64,000 bases of DNA from an uncultured Candidatus Rokubacteria bacterium. GTDB lineage: Bacteria > Methylomirabilota > Methylomirabilia > Rokubacteriales > CSP1-6. The position numbers and the translations under genes were made by a program. Below the pieces are notes generated by a model. The model was not told the origin of the DNA. It was given only the letters and a program-made list of their open reading frames with translations, and ran no database searches. Location of the stretch: contig CAVVEU010000014.1 of assembly GCA_963747235.1 (NCBI GenBank), positions 64,001 through 128,000 of the forward strand, read 5' to 3'. Shown here piece after piece: positions 20,738 to 32,060 of this stretch; position 1 is the stretch's first letter, and every line of letters starts with the position of its first letter.

Positions 20738-21848
20738 GGTTGCGCATCATCTCCACGGTGCCGCCGCCGATCGCGAACATGCGGGCGTCGCGCGCCATGC
20801 GCTCGAGCGGCAGCCCGCGCCCGTAGCCGGCGGCGCCGTGGATCTGGAGCGCCTGGCCCGTCACCTCCTGCGCGATCTCGGCCGCGAAGGTCTTGGCCTT
20901 GGCCGCTTCGAGCGCGTCCGGGAAGCCGGTGCCCGCGTTGGCGGCGGCGCGATGGATGAGCAGGCGCGCGGCGTCGAGCTTGATCGCCATGTCGGCCAGC
21001 TTCCAGCGGATGCCCTGGAACTCGCCGATGGCCCGGCCGAACTGGCGCCGGGTGCCCGCGTAGGCCAGCGCGAGCTCGTACGCGCCCTGCGCGAGCCCGA
21101 GGGCCACGGTGGCGGCGCCGAGGCGCTGGCCGTTGTAGGCCTCCATCAGCTTCTTGAATCCGTCGGGCGGCCCGACCAGCACGTGATCGCGCGGCACGCG
21201 GCAGCCGTCGAAGTGGAGGCGCCCTTCCGGGATGCCGCGCAGGCCCATCGTGTGGTCGCGCTCGCCGACGCGAAACCCCGGCGTGTCGCGCTCGACGAAG
21301 ACGCCGCCGATGCCGCCCGCTCCCGCCTTCCCGCCCATGCGGCAGTAGACGAGATGCAGGCGTGACGTCCCGGCCCCGGTGATCCACCGCTTCTCGCCGT
21401 GGAGCGCGTAGCCCTCGGGCGCCTCGTCGGCGCGGGTCACGAGATCGGTGGCCGCCGAGCCCGCCTCGGGCTCGGTGATCGCGATCGCGGGCTTGTCGCC
21501 CTCGAGCACCCACGGGAAGTAGCGCCGCTTCTGCGCCTCGCTGCCGTAGGCGGTGAGCGCGCCGACCACCCCCAGGCTCCCCTCGACCACGATCCGCGCG
21601 GTGACCCCGCAGGCGCGCGCGATCTCCTCGACGACCAGCAGGACGTCCAGGATCGACGCGCCCGTCCCACCGTACTCCTTTGGAATGGTGAGCCCCATGA
21701 AACCGGCCTGGACCAGGTCCTTCACGTTGTCCCAGGGGTATTCCTCGGCGGCGTCCCAGCGGGCGGCGCGGTCCCGGAAGACGGTGTCGGCCAGCGCGCG
21801 CGCGCGGGTCTTGAGTACTTCCTGCTCGGCGGTGAGATTGAAGTCCAT
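20691..21848 (-). CDS. Acyl-CoA dehydrogenase family protein
   Basis: AITEPEAGS, GEKRWIT, RRQFGRAI, QIHGAAGY, IGGGT. Confidence 0.9.
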   Translation of the reverse strand: MDFNLTAEQEVLKTRARALADTVFRDRAARWDAAEEYPWDNVKDLVQAGFMGLTIPKEYGGTGASILDVLLVVEEIARACGVTARIVVEGSLGVVGALTAYGSEAQKRRYFPWVLEGDKPAIAITEPEAGSAATDLVTRADEAPEGYALHGEKRWITGAGTSRLHLVYCRMGGKAGAGGIGGVFVERDTPGFRVGERDHTMGLRGIPEGRLHFDGCRVPRDHVLVGPPDGFKKLMEAYNGQRLGAATVALGLAQGAYELALAYAGTRRQFGRAIGEFQGIRWKLADMAIKLDAARLLIHRAAANAGTGFPDALEAAKAKTFAAEIAQEVTGQALQIHGAAGYGRGLPLERMARDARMFAIGGGTVEMMRNLIADRLLPTRADFRR

Positions 21849-21855
21849 GCCGGCG

Positions 21856-21893
21856 CCCCTCACCCTGCCCTCTCCCCTGAGGGGAGAGGGAGA
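21856..21893. repeat. REP-like palindromic repeat, copy 4
   Basis: cccctcaccctg CCCTCTCCCC-tga-GGGGAGAGGG. Confidence 0.75.
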
Positions 21894-21900
21894 TCAGCGA

Positions 21901-23299
21901 TCAGATGTGGATCGGGTGGCCGAGCGCGGCCAGGACCGCCTCGAACGCGGCCTCGGACAGGGTGGGATGCGCGTGCATGGTGTGGACGAACTCGTCCAGC
22001 GTGGCCTCGAGGGTCCGGCCCACCGCGAACTCGTGGATCAGCTCGGTGGCCTCGGGCCCGACGATGTGCACGCCGAGGATCTCGCCGGTGGCCTTGTCCG
22101 CCACCACCTTGACGAAGCCCTCGGTCTCCCCCTGCGCGACCGCCTTGCCGCTCGCGGTGAACGGGAACTTGCCGACCGCGATCTCGCGCCCGCCCGCGCG
22201 GGCCGCCGCCTCGGTGAGCCCGATGGACGCAACCTGTGGATGGCAGTAGGTGCAGGACGGGACATTCCCATAGTCGACCGGCCGCGGGCGACTGGCCCGC
22301 GATCGTCTCCGCGGCCACGACGCCCTCGGCCATCGCCTTGTGGGCGAGGAGCTGATGGCCCGCCATGTCGCCGATCGCGTAGATGCCCTTGACCGAGGTC
22401 TCCATGGTCGCCGACACCGTCACGAACCCACGCTCGGTCGCGACGCCCAGCGCCTCGAGTCCGAGCCCCTGCGTGCGCGCGGCCCGCCCCACCGCCATCA
22501 GCACCTGGTCGGCCTCGAGGGTCTCGGTCTTGCCCTCGGCCTCCACCTCCACCGAGACCCCGGCGCCGGCCGGCGTCACGCTCTTGACCTTCACGCCGGT
22601 GCGGATCGTGATGTCGCGCCGGGAGAAGAGCCGCGCGATCTGCGCGGAGGCCTCCTCGTCCTCGATGGGCAGCACGCGCGGAAGCGCCTCCAGCACGGTC
22701 ACGCTGGCGCCGTAGGCCGCGTAGACGTCGGCGAACTCGATGCCCACCGCGCCCGCGCCGATGACGATCAGCGAGCCGGGCCGGGCCTCGTTGGTGACCG
22801 CGCCGGTGGAGGAGACGATCCGCTTCTCGTCGATGGTGACGCCGGGGAGCGACCTGGGCTCGGACCCGGTGGCGAGGATGACCGCCCGCTTGGCTTCGAG
22901 CGTGGTCGCGCCGTCCTTGCCCGCGACCTCCACCACGCGAGCGCTCTTGAGCGTGCCCCGGCCGAGGAAGAGCGTGATCTTGTTCTTCCGGAAGAGGAAC
23001 TCGACGCCCTTGGCCATGCGGTCGGCCACCCGGCGGGAGCGCTGCACCGCCTGGGCGTAGTCGGCCTTCCACTCGCCCACCGTGATGCCGAACTCCTTCG
23101 CGCGCTTGAAGAGGCCGACGACCTCCGCGTTCCTGAGGAGCGCCTTGGTCGGGATGCAGCCCCAGTTGAGGCAGACGCCGCCCGGCCGGTCGTCCTCGAC
23201 GGTGGCCACCGAGAGCCCGAGCTGCGCGCAGCGGATGGCGGCCACGTAGCCGCCGGGACCGGTGCCCACCACCACGACGTCGAACGGCTGGGTGGCCAT
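21901..23299 (-). CDS. lpdA: Dihydrolipoyl dehydrogenase E3 (frameshift near 22285)
   Basis: GGVCLNWGCIPTK, GAGAVG, HAHPTLSE. Confidence 0.93.
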
Positions 23300-23302
23300 G
23301 GG

Positions 23303-24688
23303 CTAGACCAGGAGCCGCAGGGGCTCTTCGAGCAGCCGCTTCACGTCCTGCAGGAACCGCGCGCCCATCGCGCCGTCCATCACGCGGTGATCGCACGAGA
23401 TCGTCATCTTCATGCGGCGGCCCACGCGGAGCTCGCCGTCCTCCACCACCGGCTTCTGCAGCACCGAGCCCACCGCGAGGATCGCGCCCTCGGGCGGGTT
23501 GATGATCGCCGAGAACTCCTCGACGTCGTACATGCCGAGGTTCGAGATCGAGAAGGTGGCCCCGGATATTTCCTGCGCGCGCAGTTTACCTCCGCGCGCC
23601 CGGTCGGCCAGGTCCCGCGACTCGACCGCGATGCGGGCCAGCGGCTTCGCGTCGCAGTCGCGCAGGACCGGGGTGATCAGGCCCTGGTCGAGCGCCACCG
23701 CGATCCCGATATGGGCCCGGTGGTGCACGCGGATGGCCTGGCCGTTGAGCTGGGCGTTGACGCCCGGGTTCTTGAGCAGGGCCAGCGCCACCGCCTTGAT
23801 GACCATGTCGGTCACCGAGATCTTGGGCTGGCCGTCGAGCGCGTTGAGCCGCTCGCGCAGCGCCCACGCCTCGTCCATCGCGACTTCCGAGGTGACGTAG
23901 AAGTGCGGGACCGGCGCCTTCGACATCGGCATGCGCTTGGCGATGGCCGCGCGCATCGGCGACATCGCCACGTCCTCGAACTCGGCCTCGGGCCGGGGCG
24001 GGATCACGAACTGCGGCCGCGCGGGGACCGCGGTCGGGCGCGGGGCACCCGCCGGCTGGGGCGCGGCCGCGGGCACCGCGGCGGGGCGCGGCGCCGCCTT
24101 GGCGGCCTCGACGTCGCGGCGGATGATGCGCCCGCCCGGGCCCGTGCCCTGGATCAGCTGCAGGTCCACGCCGGTCTGGCCCGCGATCTTGCGGGCGAGC
24201 GGCGAGGCCTTCACCCGGCCGCCCGCGAAGACCGGCGCGGCGCCGGCGGGGCCGGCCGCCGCGGCGGCGGGCGCCATCGGCACCACCGCGGTGGTGGCGG
24301 GCACGGACTGGTAGCTCTCCATGGCCGGCAGCGGACCGCTCGCGGCGGCCGGCGCGGCGGGGCGGGCGGCCGCGGGCGCCGGGGCGGCCGCCGCGGGCGC
24401 GGGAGTCGCGGGCTTCGCGGGCGCGGCGGTCAGGCTCGAGATGTCCTCGGTCGGGTCCGCGATCACGCCGATCATCTCGCCCACCGGCACCGTCCCGCCC
24501 TCCTCCACCACGATCTTGCGGAGGACGCCGGCGCCGAAGGCCTCGATCTCGACGTTCGCCTTGTCGGTCTCGATCTCCAGGATCACGTCGCCGCCCTTGA
24601 CCGCGTCGCCCACCTTCTTCAGCCACTTGATGACCTTGCCGGTCTCCATGGCGTCCGACAGCTTGGGCATGAACACCTTGGTGATCAT
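23303..24688 (-). CDS. pdhC: Pyruvate dehydrogenase E2 dihydrolipoamide acetyltransferase
   Basis: ETDKA lipoyl site, ASPLARK, DHRVMDG. Confidence 0.93.
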   Translation of the reverse strand: MITKVFMPKLSDAMETGKVIKWLKKVGDAVKGGDVILEIETDKANVEIEAFGAGVLRKIVVEEGGTVPVGEMIGVIADPTEDISSLTAAPAKPATPAPAAAAPAPAAARPAAPAAASGPLPAMESYQSVPATTAVVPMAPAAAAAGPAGAAPVFAGGRVKASPLARKIAGQTGVDLQLIQGTGPGGRIIRRDVEAAKAAPRPAAVPAAAPQPAGAPRPTAVPARPQFVIPPRPEAEFEDVAMSPMRAAIAKRMPMSKAPVPHFYVTSEVAMDEAWALRERLNALDGQPKISVTDMVIKAVALALLKNPGVNAQLNGQAIRVHHRAHIGIAVALDQGLITPVLRDCDAKPLARIAVESRDLADRARGGKLRAQEISGATFSISNLGMYDVEEFSAIINPPEGAILAVGSVLQKPVVEDGELRVGRRMKMTISCDHRVMDGAMGARFLQDVKRLLEEPLRLLV

Positions 24689-25665
24689 GCGTTGCACACC
24701 TGCCGGATCGCCGCCGCGATCTTGGCCTTCGACGGCGTCTTGAGCAGCTCCAGGTTCTTCGCGTAGGGCATCGGCGCGTTCTCGCCCGTGACCCGCAGAA
24801 CCGGCGCGTCGAGATCGTCGAAGGCGGTCTCGGTGATCTGGGCCGCGATCTCGGAGCCCATGCCCGCGAAGCCCGCGCCCGCCTCGAGCACCACCGCGCG
24901 ATGCGTCTTTCGAACGGACCCGATGATGGTCTCGGTGTCCATCGGCCGGAGCGTCCGGGGATCCACGATCTCGATCGAGATCCCCTCCTTGGCCAGCTCC
25001 TCCGCGAGCTCGAGGGCGCGGTACATCATGCCCATGTAGGCCACCACCGTGACGTCGGTGCCCTCGCGGCGGATCACCGCCTTGCCGAGGGGGATGAGGA
25101 ACTCCGGATCCTCCGGCACTTCACCCTTGACCGCGTACAGGGTCTCGGCCTCGATGAAGATCACCGGATTGTCGTCGCGGATGGCCGACTTCAGCAGCCC
25201 CTTGGCGTCGGCGGGCGTCGAGGGGCGCACCACCTTGAGCCCGGGCACGTGGTAGAAGTACGTCTCCATGGACTGCGAGTGCTGCGCGGCGAGCTGCGCC
25301 GCCGGCCCGCCGGGACCGCGAATCACGAGCGGGATATTGTATTGCCCGCCGGACATGTAGCACATCTTGGCCGCCGAGTTGACGATCTGGTCGAGTGCCA
25401 GGATCGAGAAGTTGAAGGTCATCATCTCGACCACCGGCCGGAGCCCCAGCATCGCGGAGCCGACACCCACGCCGGTGAAGCCGGATTCGCAGATGGGGGT
25501 GTCGATGATGCGCTTGTCGCCGAACTCCTTGAGCAGCCCCTGCGTCACCTTGTAGGCGCCGTCGTAGAGACCGACCTCCTCGCCCATCACGAACACCCGC
25601 GGGTCCCGCCGCATCTCCTCGCGGAGGGCCAGGTTGAGCGCCTCCCGGTAGGTCATGACCGCCAT
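24685..25665 (-). CDS. pdhB: Pyruvate dehydrogenase E1 beta
   Basis: DTPICESG, EMMTFNF, AAQHSQ. Confidence 0.95.
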   Translation of the reverse strand: MAVMTYREALNLALREEMRRDPRVFVMGEEVGLYDGAYKVTQGLLKEFGDKRIIDTPICESGFTGVGVGSAMLGLRPVVEMMTFNFSILALDQIVNSAAKMCYMSGGQYNIPLVIRGPGGPAAQLAAQHSQSMETYFYHVPGLKVVRPSTPADAKGLLKSAIRDDNPVIFIEAETLYAVKGEVPEDPEFLIPLGKAVIRREGTDVTVVAYMGMMYRALELAEELAKEGISIEIVDPRTLRPMDTETIIGSVRKTHRAVVLEAGAGFAGMGSEIAAQITETAFDDLDAPVLRVTGENAPMPYAKNLELLKTPSKAKIAAAIRQVCNA

Positions 25666-25669
25666 GGCG

Positions 25670-26668
25670 TCAGGCCTTGTACACGTCGGTGAACAGCTCC
25701 GACGGCGGCGGCTCGGGCGAGGCCTCGGCGAAGGCGACCGCCTCGTCCGCGAGGTCGTTCACCGCCTTCTCGATGTTCCGGACGTCGACCTCGGTGAGGA
25801 TGCCGTCCTTCAGGACGCGGTCGGTGAACAGCGCGATCGGGTCCCGCAGCTTCTCGCGCTCGACCTCTTCCTTGGTCCGGTAGACCGAGCCGGCCGGATC
25901 GCGCATGGAGTGGCCGCGAAAGCGGTAGGTGCGGGCCTCGATGAGAGCGGGCGTCTTGTCTCGCCGCGCCCGCTCGACCGCGCGCGCCACCACGTCGCGC
26001 ACCGCGAGGACATCCATGCCGTCCACCGCCTCGCCGGGCATCCCGTAGGTCTCGGCGAAGCGCCAGATATCGGTCTGGGAGAGGGCGCGATGGATCGCGG
26101 TGCCCATCGCGTAGCGGTTGTTCTCGCAGATGAAGATCACCGGGAGCTTCCAGAGCGCGGCCAGGTTCATGGACTCGTGGAACTCGCCCTCCGGCACCGC
26201 CCCGTCGCCGAAGTAGCACAGCACCACCTGGTCGCCGCCCTGGTACTTGATCGCGAAGCCGGCGCCTGCGGCCAGCGGCAGGTGCGCGCCCACGATGCCG
26301 TGGCCGCCCAGGAAGTTGACGCTCTTGTCGAAGAGGTGCATCGAGCCGCCCTTGCCCTTGCTGAGGCCGTCCATCCGGCCGAACAGCTCGGCCATGATCC
26401 GGCGCGGGTCGGACCCCTTGGCCAGGCAGTGGCCGTGCTCGCGATAGGACGAGACCGCGTAGTCGTCCACGCGCACCGTCGAGGTGGCGCCCACCGCGAC
26501 CGCTTCCTGCCCGATATAGAGGTGAAGGAAGCCCCCGATCTTGCCCAGCGCGTACATCTCGGCCGCCTTCTCCTCGAAGCGCCGGATGAGCGCCATCTGC
26601 GTCAAAAGCCGCCGCGCCAGCTCCGCGTCGAGCCGGGTCTGGACCACCGCGGTCTTGGTCTGCGCCAT
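25670..26668 (-). CDS. pdhA: Pyruvate dehydrogenase E1 alpha
   Basis: GFLHLYIGQEA, GKGGSMH, FGDGA...ENN, RFRGHSM. Confidence 0.95.
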   Translation of the reverse strand: MAQTKTAVVQTRLDAELARRLLTQMALIRRFEEKAAEMYALGKIGGFLHLYIGQEAVAVGATSTVRVDDYAVSSYREHGHCLAKGSDPRRIMAELFGRMDGLSKGKGGSMHLFDKSVNFLGGHGIVGAHLPLAAGAGFAIKYQGGDQVVLCYFGDGAVPEGEFHESMNLAALWKLPVIFICENNRYAMGTAIHRALSQTDIWRFAETYGMPGEAVDGMDVLAVRDVVARAVERARRDKTPALIEARTYRFRGHSMRDPAGSVYRTKEEVEREKLRDPIALFTDRVLKDGILTEVDVRNIEKAVNDLADEAVAFAEASPEPPPSELFTDVYKA

Positions 26669-26690
26669 TCGGTCTGCCTCCTGGGTCCTG

Positions 26691-26993
26691 CTAGCCGCGA
26701 AGCGTGCTCAGCTCGTCCACCGAGAGGCGGCGGCGGAGCCGGAAGATCGTCACGATGATCGCGAGGCCCACCGCGACCTCGGCGGCGGCCACGCACAGCA
26801 CGAAGAACACCAGGGCCTGGCCCTCGGTCGTGCCGTGCCGCTGGCCGAAGGCCACCAGTGCCACATTCGCCGCGTTCAGCATCAGCTCGATGGACATGAA
26901 GATCACGAGCGGATTGCGCCGGATCAGGACCCCGAGCACGCCCATGGTGAACAGGACCGCGGACAGCGCGACGTAGTAGGACTCGGGGACCAT
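26691..26993 (-). CDS. nuoK: NADH-quinone oxidoreductase subunit K
   Basis: RRN...IELMLNA...[11 protein letters not shown]. Confidence 0.95.
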   Translation of the reverse strand: MVPESYYVALSAVLFTMGVLGVLIRRNPLVIFMSIELMLNAANVALVAFGQRHGTTEGQALVFFVLCVAAAEVAVGLAIIVTIFRLRRRLSVDELSTLRG

Positions 26994-26994
26994 C

Positions 26995-27486
26995 CTACGC
27001 CCTGCGCTTGGTCAGCGCCATGACTCCCACGATGGCGACGAGCAGCAGCACCGAGGTGACCTCGAACGGGAACAGGTAATCGGTGAAGAGCACGCGCCCC
27101 ACCGCGTCCGTCCCGCCCGGCAGGTGCGGCTTGGGCGGGCCCGCGAGCACCGTCGAGCGCAGCACCAGCGCGACCAGGATCAGGAACACCGCGGCCACCG
27201 GCACCGCCAGCCAGCGCTGCCGGCGCAGCGGATCGGGCCCCGTCTCCTCCTTGCCCGGGATCAGCACCATGATCGCGAAGACGAAGAGCACCGCGATGGC
27301 GCCCGCGTAGATGATGATCTGCACCGCGGCCAGGAACTCCGCGCGCATGGTCAGGAAGAGCGCGGCCACCGTGCTCAGGTTGATCGCGAGGAAGAGGGCG
27401 CCGTGGATCGGGTTCCTCCGCAGCAGCATGCCGGCCGCGGAGCCGATCGCGAGCAGGGCCAGCACCGCGAACGTGAAGAGGCTCAC
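26995..27486 (-). CDS. nuoJ: NADH-quinone oxidoreductase subunit J
   Basis: [28 protein letters not shown]. Confidence 0.93.
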   Translation of the reverse strand: MSLFTFAVLALLAIGSAAGMLLRRNPIHGALFLAINLSTVAALFLTMRAEFLAAVQIIIYAGAIAVLFVFAIMVLIPGKEETGPDPLRRQRWLAVPVAAVFLILVALVLRSTVLAGPPKPHLPGGTDAVGRVLFTDYLFPFEVTSVLLLVAIVGVMALTKRRA

Positions 27487-28079
27487 CGCGGCTTCCGGGC
27501 GGGCGGGATCGGCACCGGCGACGTCGGGACCCCGTTGGGGCCGGCCGGCTCGAGCGCGAGCAGCGTGTCCTTGGTGTAGATCATGCTCTGGCGGTCGTAG
27601 GCCGAGAATTCGAGGATGCCGGTATCCATGCGGATGGCGTCCTCGGGACAGGCCTCCACGCAGTAGCCGCAGAACACGCACTTGCCCAGGTCGATGTCGA
27701 ACCGCTCGGGCACCTTCTCGATCTCGGGATTGGGGTGCTCGGTGGCCACGATGTAGATGCAGTGGGCCGGGCACACCGTCTCGCACATCATGCACGCCAC
27801 GCAGCGGGGCGAGCCGTCCTCCCGGCGCACCAGCCGGTGCAGGCTGCGCAGCCGCGGGGAATACGGCCGCCGCTCGTCGGGGTACTGGATGGTGACCGCC
27901 CCGCGCGCGCTCTTGACCCGGAAGACCACGTGCAGGGTGTGCCGCCCGAGGTTGGCGAAGAAGTGCTGGGCGGTCAGCGCCAGCCCCACCAGCACCTCGA
28001 CCACGTAGAAGCGCTGGCGGAGGCCGAGGCGGCTCGAGTGCCTGGGATCGGCGGGGGTGTTCGTCGTCTGGTAGGCCAT
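27483..28079 (-). CDS. nuoI: NADH-quinone oxidoreductase subunit I
   Basis: CVACMMCETVCP and CVFCGYCVEACP. Confidence 0.95.
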   Translation of the reverse strand: MAYQTTNTPADPRHSSRLGLRQRFYVVEVLVGLALTAQHFFANLGRHTLHVVFRVKSARGAVTIQYPDERRPYSPRLRSLHRLVRREDGSPRCVACMMCETVCPAHCIYIVATEHPNPEIEKVPERFDIDLGKCVFCGYCVEACPEDAIRMDTGILEFSAYDRQSMIYTKDTLLALEPAGPNGVPTSPVPIPPARKPR

Positions 28080-28082
28080 GGC

Positions 28083-29206
28083 TCAGGGCTTCCCCACCGC
28101 CAGCAGCACGAGGCCGGTGACGAGGATGTTGAGGACCGACAGCGGGAAGAGGGCGAGCCAGCCGAGCCGCATCGCCTGGTCGTAGCGGAAGCGGGGCAGC
28201 GTCCACCGGATCAGCATGAGGAACCAGATCATGACCACGACCTTGGTGAGGAAGGCGGTGACCTGCATCCCCACCACCGCCAGGTGCGGCAGCGCCAGCG
28301 TCGCGCCCCAGGGGAACACGAAGCCCGAGGCCTGGAGATACGGAATCTGCCAGCCGCCCAGGAACAGCGCGGTGGTCATGCCCGCGATCACCACCGTCTC
28401 CAGGAAGTCGGCCATCGCGAACATGCCGAACTTCATCCCGCTGTACTCCACGAAGTACCCGATGATCTCCGACTCCCCTTCCGGGGTGTCGAACGGAATC
28501 CGCTTGGTGGACGCGATGCCCGCGGTCAGGAACAGGATGAAGGCGAGGGGCTGGGTCAGGATGCCCCACGCCGGGATCCAGCTCCCGAGGAACTGCGGCA
28601 GCAGCGGCTGGCCCTGACCCCGCGCGATGTCCTGCATGTTGAGCGAGCCGTACACCATGACCACGCCCATGATCGAGGCGCCGATCGCGACCTCCGCCGA
28701 GATCATGAGGGCGGCCGCGCGCTGGCCACCCAGCAGGGCGTAGTTGTTGGCGGAGGCCCAGCCCGCCATCATGAGCCCGTAGACGCCCAGCGAGATCATG
28801 CCGAGCACGTAGAGGATGCCCACGTTGAGCGTGACCGCCTGGAGCTGGATCTCGCGCCCCAGGATCTGGAGCGTGTCGCCGAACGGGATCGTCGCGAAGG
28901 CGGCCAGGCCGAAGAACACCGACACGAACGGGGCGAGCTTGAACATCAGCTTGTCCGCGCGCGCGGGGGTGAAGTCCTCCTTGGTCAGCATCTTGACCGC
29001 GTCGGCCAGCGGGTGGAGCAGCCCCAGGATGCGAATGCGGAAGCCGACACGGAGATGGACGCGCGGTTGGCGCCGATCCGGTCCTGCATGATCGCGGACT
29101 GCTTGCGCTCGACCCAGGTCAGGAGCCCGCCGAAGTTCAGCACCACGAACATGACGAAGCCGACCGGGATGGCCTGGAGCAGGAGGTCGAGGGCCACGCC
29201 GCTCAT
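28083..29206 (-). CDS. nuoH: NADH-quinone oxidoreductase subunit H (frameshift near 29040)
   Basis: WVERK...QDRIG, KEDF, RIPFDTPEGESE, LPRFRYDQ. Confidence 0.92.
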
Positions 29207-30801
29207 GCCTTCACCACGAGGCCGGCGTCGCCCATCGCCCGGTAGGTCATGCCCGCGAAGGCGGGGACGTGGCCGGCGAGCGCGGTGAAGACCTGCTCGG
29301 CCCGGGTCGCGGCGAGCGCGGGATCGGCGCCGCCCAGCGCGCGGCCGAGCCGGCCCAGGATGTCCCAGTCCGCCACCGCCTCGCCGAGCGGCTCCACCAC
29401 CGTGCGGAAGCGCTGCACGCGTCCCTGGAAGTTGGTGAAGGTCCCCTCGCGCTCGACGTAGGCCGCGCTCGGCAGCACCAGGTGCGCCCCCGCGCTGGTG
29501 GCGTTCGCACTCGGGCCCTGGAACACCACCATCTCGGCGGCGGCGAGGGCCGCGGTCACGTCGGCCGCGGGCAGCCCCGAGTCGAGGAGATCGTGCTGGA
29601 AGATCCACAGCAGCTTGATCCGCCGCTGCCGCGCCCCGTCCAGGATCGCGGCGGTCTCTCCCTGGGAGAGGCCGATCAGCTCGGCCCCGCGCCGGTTGGG
29701 ATTCTTGTCCGCGCGGATCAGGAGATCGTCGTCCTCGCCCGGCACGCGCGGCGGCACCCGATGGTCCACCGCCCGGATGCCGAGCTGGCCCGCGATCCGC
29801 TGCAGCGCGAACAGGTCCTCGTTGGACATCTGGGGCGAGGCCAGGATCCCGATCTCCTCGGGCCGGTAGCGCCGGAGCGCGCCCACCAGGTCGGCCACCG
29901 CCTCGTCCCAGCCGAGCTGGACGTCCTTGCCGCCCGCGCGCCGCACCGGCGTCAGGAGGCGGCTGTCGTCGTCGATCCAGCGGAAGCCGTAGCGGCCCTC
30001 GTCGCAGATCCACCACCGGTTGACGTCGGCGTTGTGGCGCGGCTTGATGCGCGCGATGCGGCGGCCCTGGTTGTGGTGCAGCCGCCGCCGGCTGTGGTGC
30101 ACCTCGATGTTGCAGCCCCGCGCGCACCCGTTGCAGACCGAGCGGGCGGTGTCGAGGTACCACACGCGCACCTGGAAGCGGAACTCCCGGTCGGTGAGCG
30201 CGCCCACCGGGCAGATGTCGATGACGTTGCCCGAGTACTTGTTCTCGAGCGTCTTGCCCGGGAAGAGCCCGATCTCCGAGTGGTCGCCCCGGTTGAAGAT
30301 GCCGAGCTCCCCGGTGCCGGTCACCTCGTCGCAGAAGCGCACGCAGCGCGAGCAGAGGATGCAGCGCTCCGCGTCCAGGATGACGTGGGGGCCGAGCGGC
30401 ACCGCCTTGGGCTTGTGGACCTTCTCGTCCACCATGCGCGGGTCGTAGAGGCCGTGCCGCATGTAGTAGATCTGCAGCCAGCACTCGCCCGCCTGGTCGC
30501 ACACCGGGCAGTCCAGCGGGTGATTGACGAGGTGGAACTCCATGATGGACTTGCGGGTCTCGAGCACGCGCTCGGTCTGCGTGTGGACGACCATCCCGTC
30601 GGCGGCCTGGGTGTTGCAGCCGATCTGCGGGCGCGGGTTCTTCTCGATGTCCACCATGCAGAGCCGGCACTGGCCCGCGATGCTGAGGCCGGGGTGATAG
30701 CAGTAGTGCGGCACCTCGGAGCCGGCCTGCCGGGCGGCCTCGATGAGGTTGGTGCCGGGGGCGACTTCGACTTCCTTGCCGTCGATGGTTAATTTAGGCA
30801 T
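29203..30801 (-). CDS. nuoG: NADH-quinone oxidoreductase subunit G
   Basis: HYCYHP..CRLC, NHPLDCPVCDQAGEC, CILCSRC, CNGCARGC. Confidence 0.93.
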   Translation of the reverse strand: MPKLTIDGKEVEVAPGTNLIEAARQAGSEVPHYCYHPGLSIAGQCRLCMVDIEKNPRPQIGCNTQAADGMVVHTQTERVLETRKSIMEFHLVNHPLDCPVCDQAGECWLQIYYMRHGLYDPRMVDEKVHKPKAVPLGPHVILDAERCILCSRCVRFCDEVTGTGELGIFNRGDHSEIGLFPGKTLENKYSGNVIDICPVGALTDREFRFQVRVWYLDTARSVCNGCARGCNIEVHHSRRRLHHNQGRRIARIKPRHNADVNRWWICDEGRYGFRWIDDDSRLLTPVRRAGGKDVQLGWDEAVADLVGALRRYRPEEIGILASPQMSNEDLFALQRIAGQLGIRAVDHRVPPRVPGEDDDLLIRADKNPNRRGAELIGLSQGETAAILDGARQRRIKLLWIFQHDLLDSGLPAADVTAALAAAEMVVFQGPSANATSAGAHLVLPSAAYVEREGTFTNFQGRVQRFRTVVEPLGEAVADWDILGRLGRALGGADPALAATRAEQVFTALAGHVPAFAGMTYRAMGDAGLVVKA

Positions 30802-30809
30802 ACGTGAGC

Positions 30810-32060
30810 TTAGGCATCGCGCGGGATCAAGGCCTCGAACTCCTCGCGGAACTTCTCGATGTAGCTGACGTAGGGGCCGACCGCGCCGTCGTAGAAGGCG
30901 CAGATGGTGGTGCCGGCGCCGCGCTTGGCCACGTCCAGGATCGTGTCGAGGTCCTCCTTGCGGCCCTTTCCGTCCACGATCCGGTGCGCGATCTTGTAGA
31001 TCCAGCCGGTGGATTCGCGGCAGGGCGTGCACTGGCCGCACGATTCGTGCGCGTAGAAGCGCGCCACCACCATCAGGGCCTCCGGGATCGAGACCGTCTC
31101 GTCCATCACGATCACGCCCGCGGAGCCGATCATGGTGCCGGCCGCCTTGAGGCCGTCGGCGTCCATGCTCACGTCGATCTCGTCCGCGGTGAGGATCGGG
31201 GCCGAGGAGCCGCCGGGCACCACCGCCTTCAGGCGCCGCCCGTCGCGGATGCCGCCGCAGTGGTCGTAGATGAGCGAGCGCAGGGTCACCGACACCGGGG
31301 CCTCCACCACGCCCGGCTTCACCACGTGGCCGGACACCGAGTAGAGCCGGGTCCCGCCCTGGGTCTTGGTGCCGAGCCCGGCGAACCACGCGGCGCCCCG
31401 GTTGATGATGTGGGGCACCGCCGCGATGGTCTCCACGTTGTTCACGATGGTGGGCTGCCCGAAGGCGCCCTTGATCGCGGGGAACGGCGGCTTGATCTTG
31501 GGCCAGCCCTTCTTGCCCTCGAGCGAGGAGAGCAGGCCCGTCTCCTCGCCGCAGATGTAGGCGCCCGCCCCGCGATGGATCACGATGTCGAAGTCGAAGC
31601 CCGAGCCCTGGATGTTCCGGCCGAGCAGCCCCGCGTCGTAGGCTTCCTTCACCGCGCCGCTGAACACCTGCCACGGCTTCACGTACTCGCCCCGGATGTA
31701 GACGAACCCGACGTGCGAGTCGATCGCCCGCGCCGCGATGATCATGCCCTCGATCAGGGCGTGGGGATCGCGCTCGAGCAGGTAGCGGTCCTTGAACGTG
31801 CCCGGCTCCCCCTCGTCCGCGTTGATCACGAGATACTTCGGCGCCGTCCGACCCTTGGGGATGAAGCTCCACTTCATGCCGGTGGGGAAGGCGGCGCCGC
31901 CGAGGCCGCGGAGGTTGGACTTCTTCACCTCCTCGGTGATCGCGGTGGGCTCCATCGCGAGCGCCTTGGGCAGCGCGGTGTACCCGCCGGTCTCGCGGTA
32001 GACGCCCAGGGTGTGCGAGCTCGGCCGATCGAAGTTGCGGGTGAAGATCAGCTCGGCCAT
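30810..32060 (-). CDS. nuoF: NADH-quinone oxidoreductase subunit F
   Basis: NADEGEPGTFKDR, GAGAYICGEETG, ESCGQCTPCR. Confidence 0.95.
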   Translation of the reverse strand: MAELIFTRNFDRPSSHTLGVYRETGGYTALPKALAMEPTAITEEVKKSNLRGLGGAAFPTGMKWSFIPKGRTAPKYLVINADEGEPGTFKDRYLLERDPHALIEGMIIAARAIDSHVGFVYIRGEYVKPWQVFSGAVKEAYDAGLLGRNIQGSGFDFDIVIHRGAGAYICGEETGLLSSLEGKKGWPKIKPPFPAIKGAFGQPTIVNNVETIAAVPHIINRGAAWFAGLGTKTQGGTRLYSVSGHVVKPGVVEAPVSVTLRSLIYDHCGGIRDGRRLKAVVPGGSSAPILTADEIDVSMDADGLKAAGTMIGSAGVIVMDETVSIPEALMVVARFYAHESCGQCTPCRESTGWIYKIAHRIVDGKGRKEDLDTILDVAKRGAGTTICAFYDGAVGPYVSYIEKFREEFEALIPRDA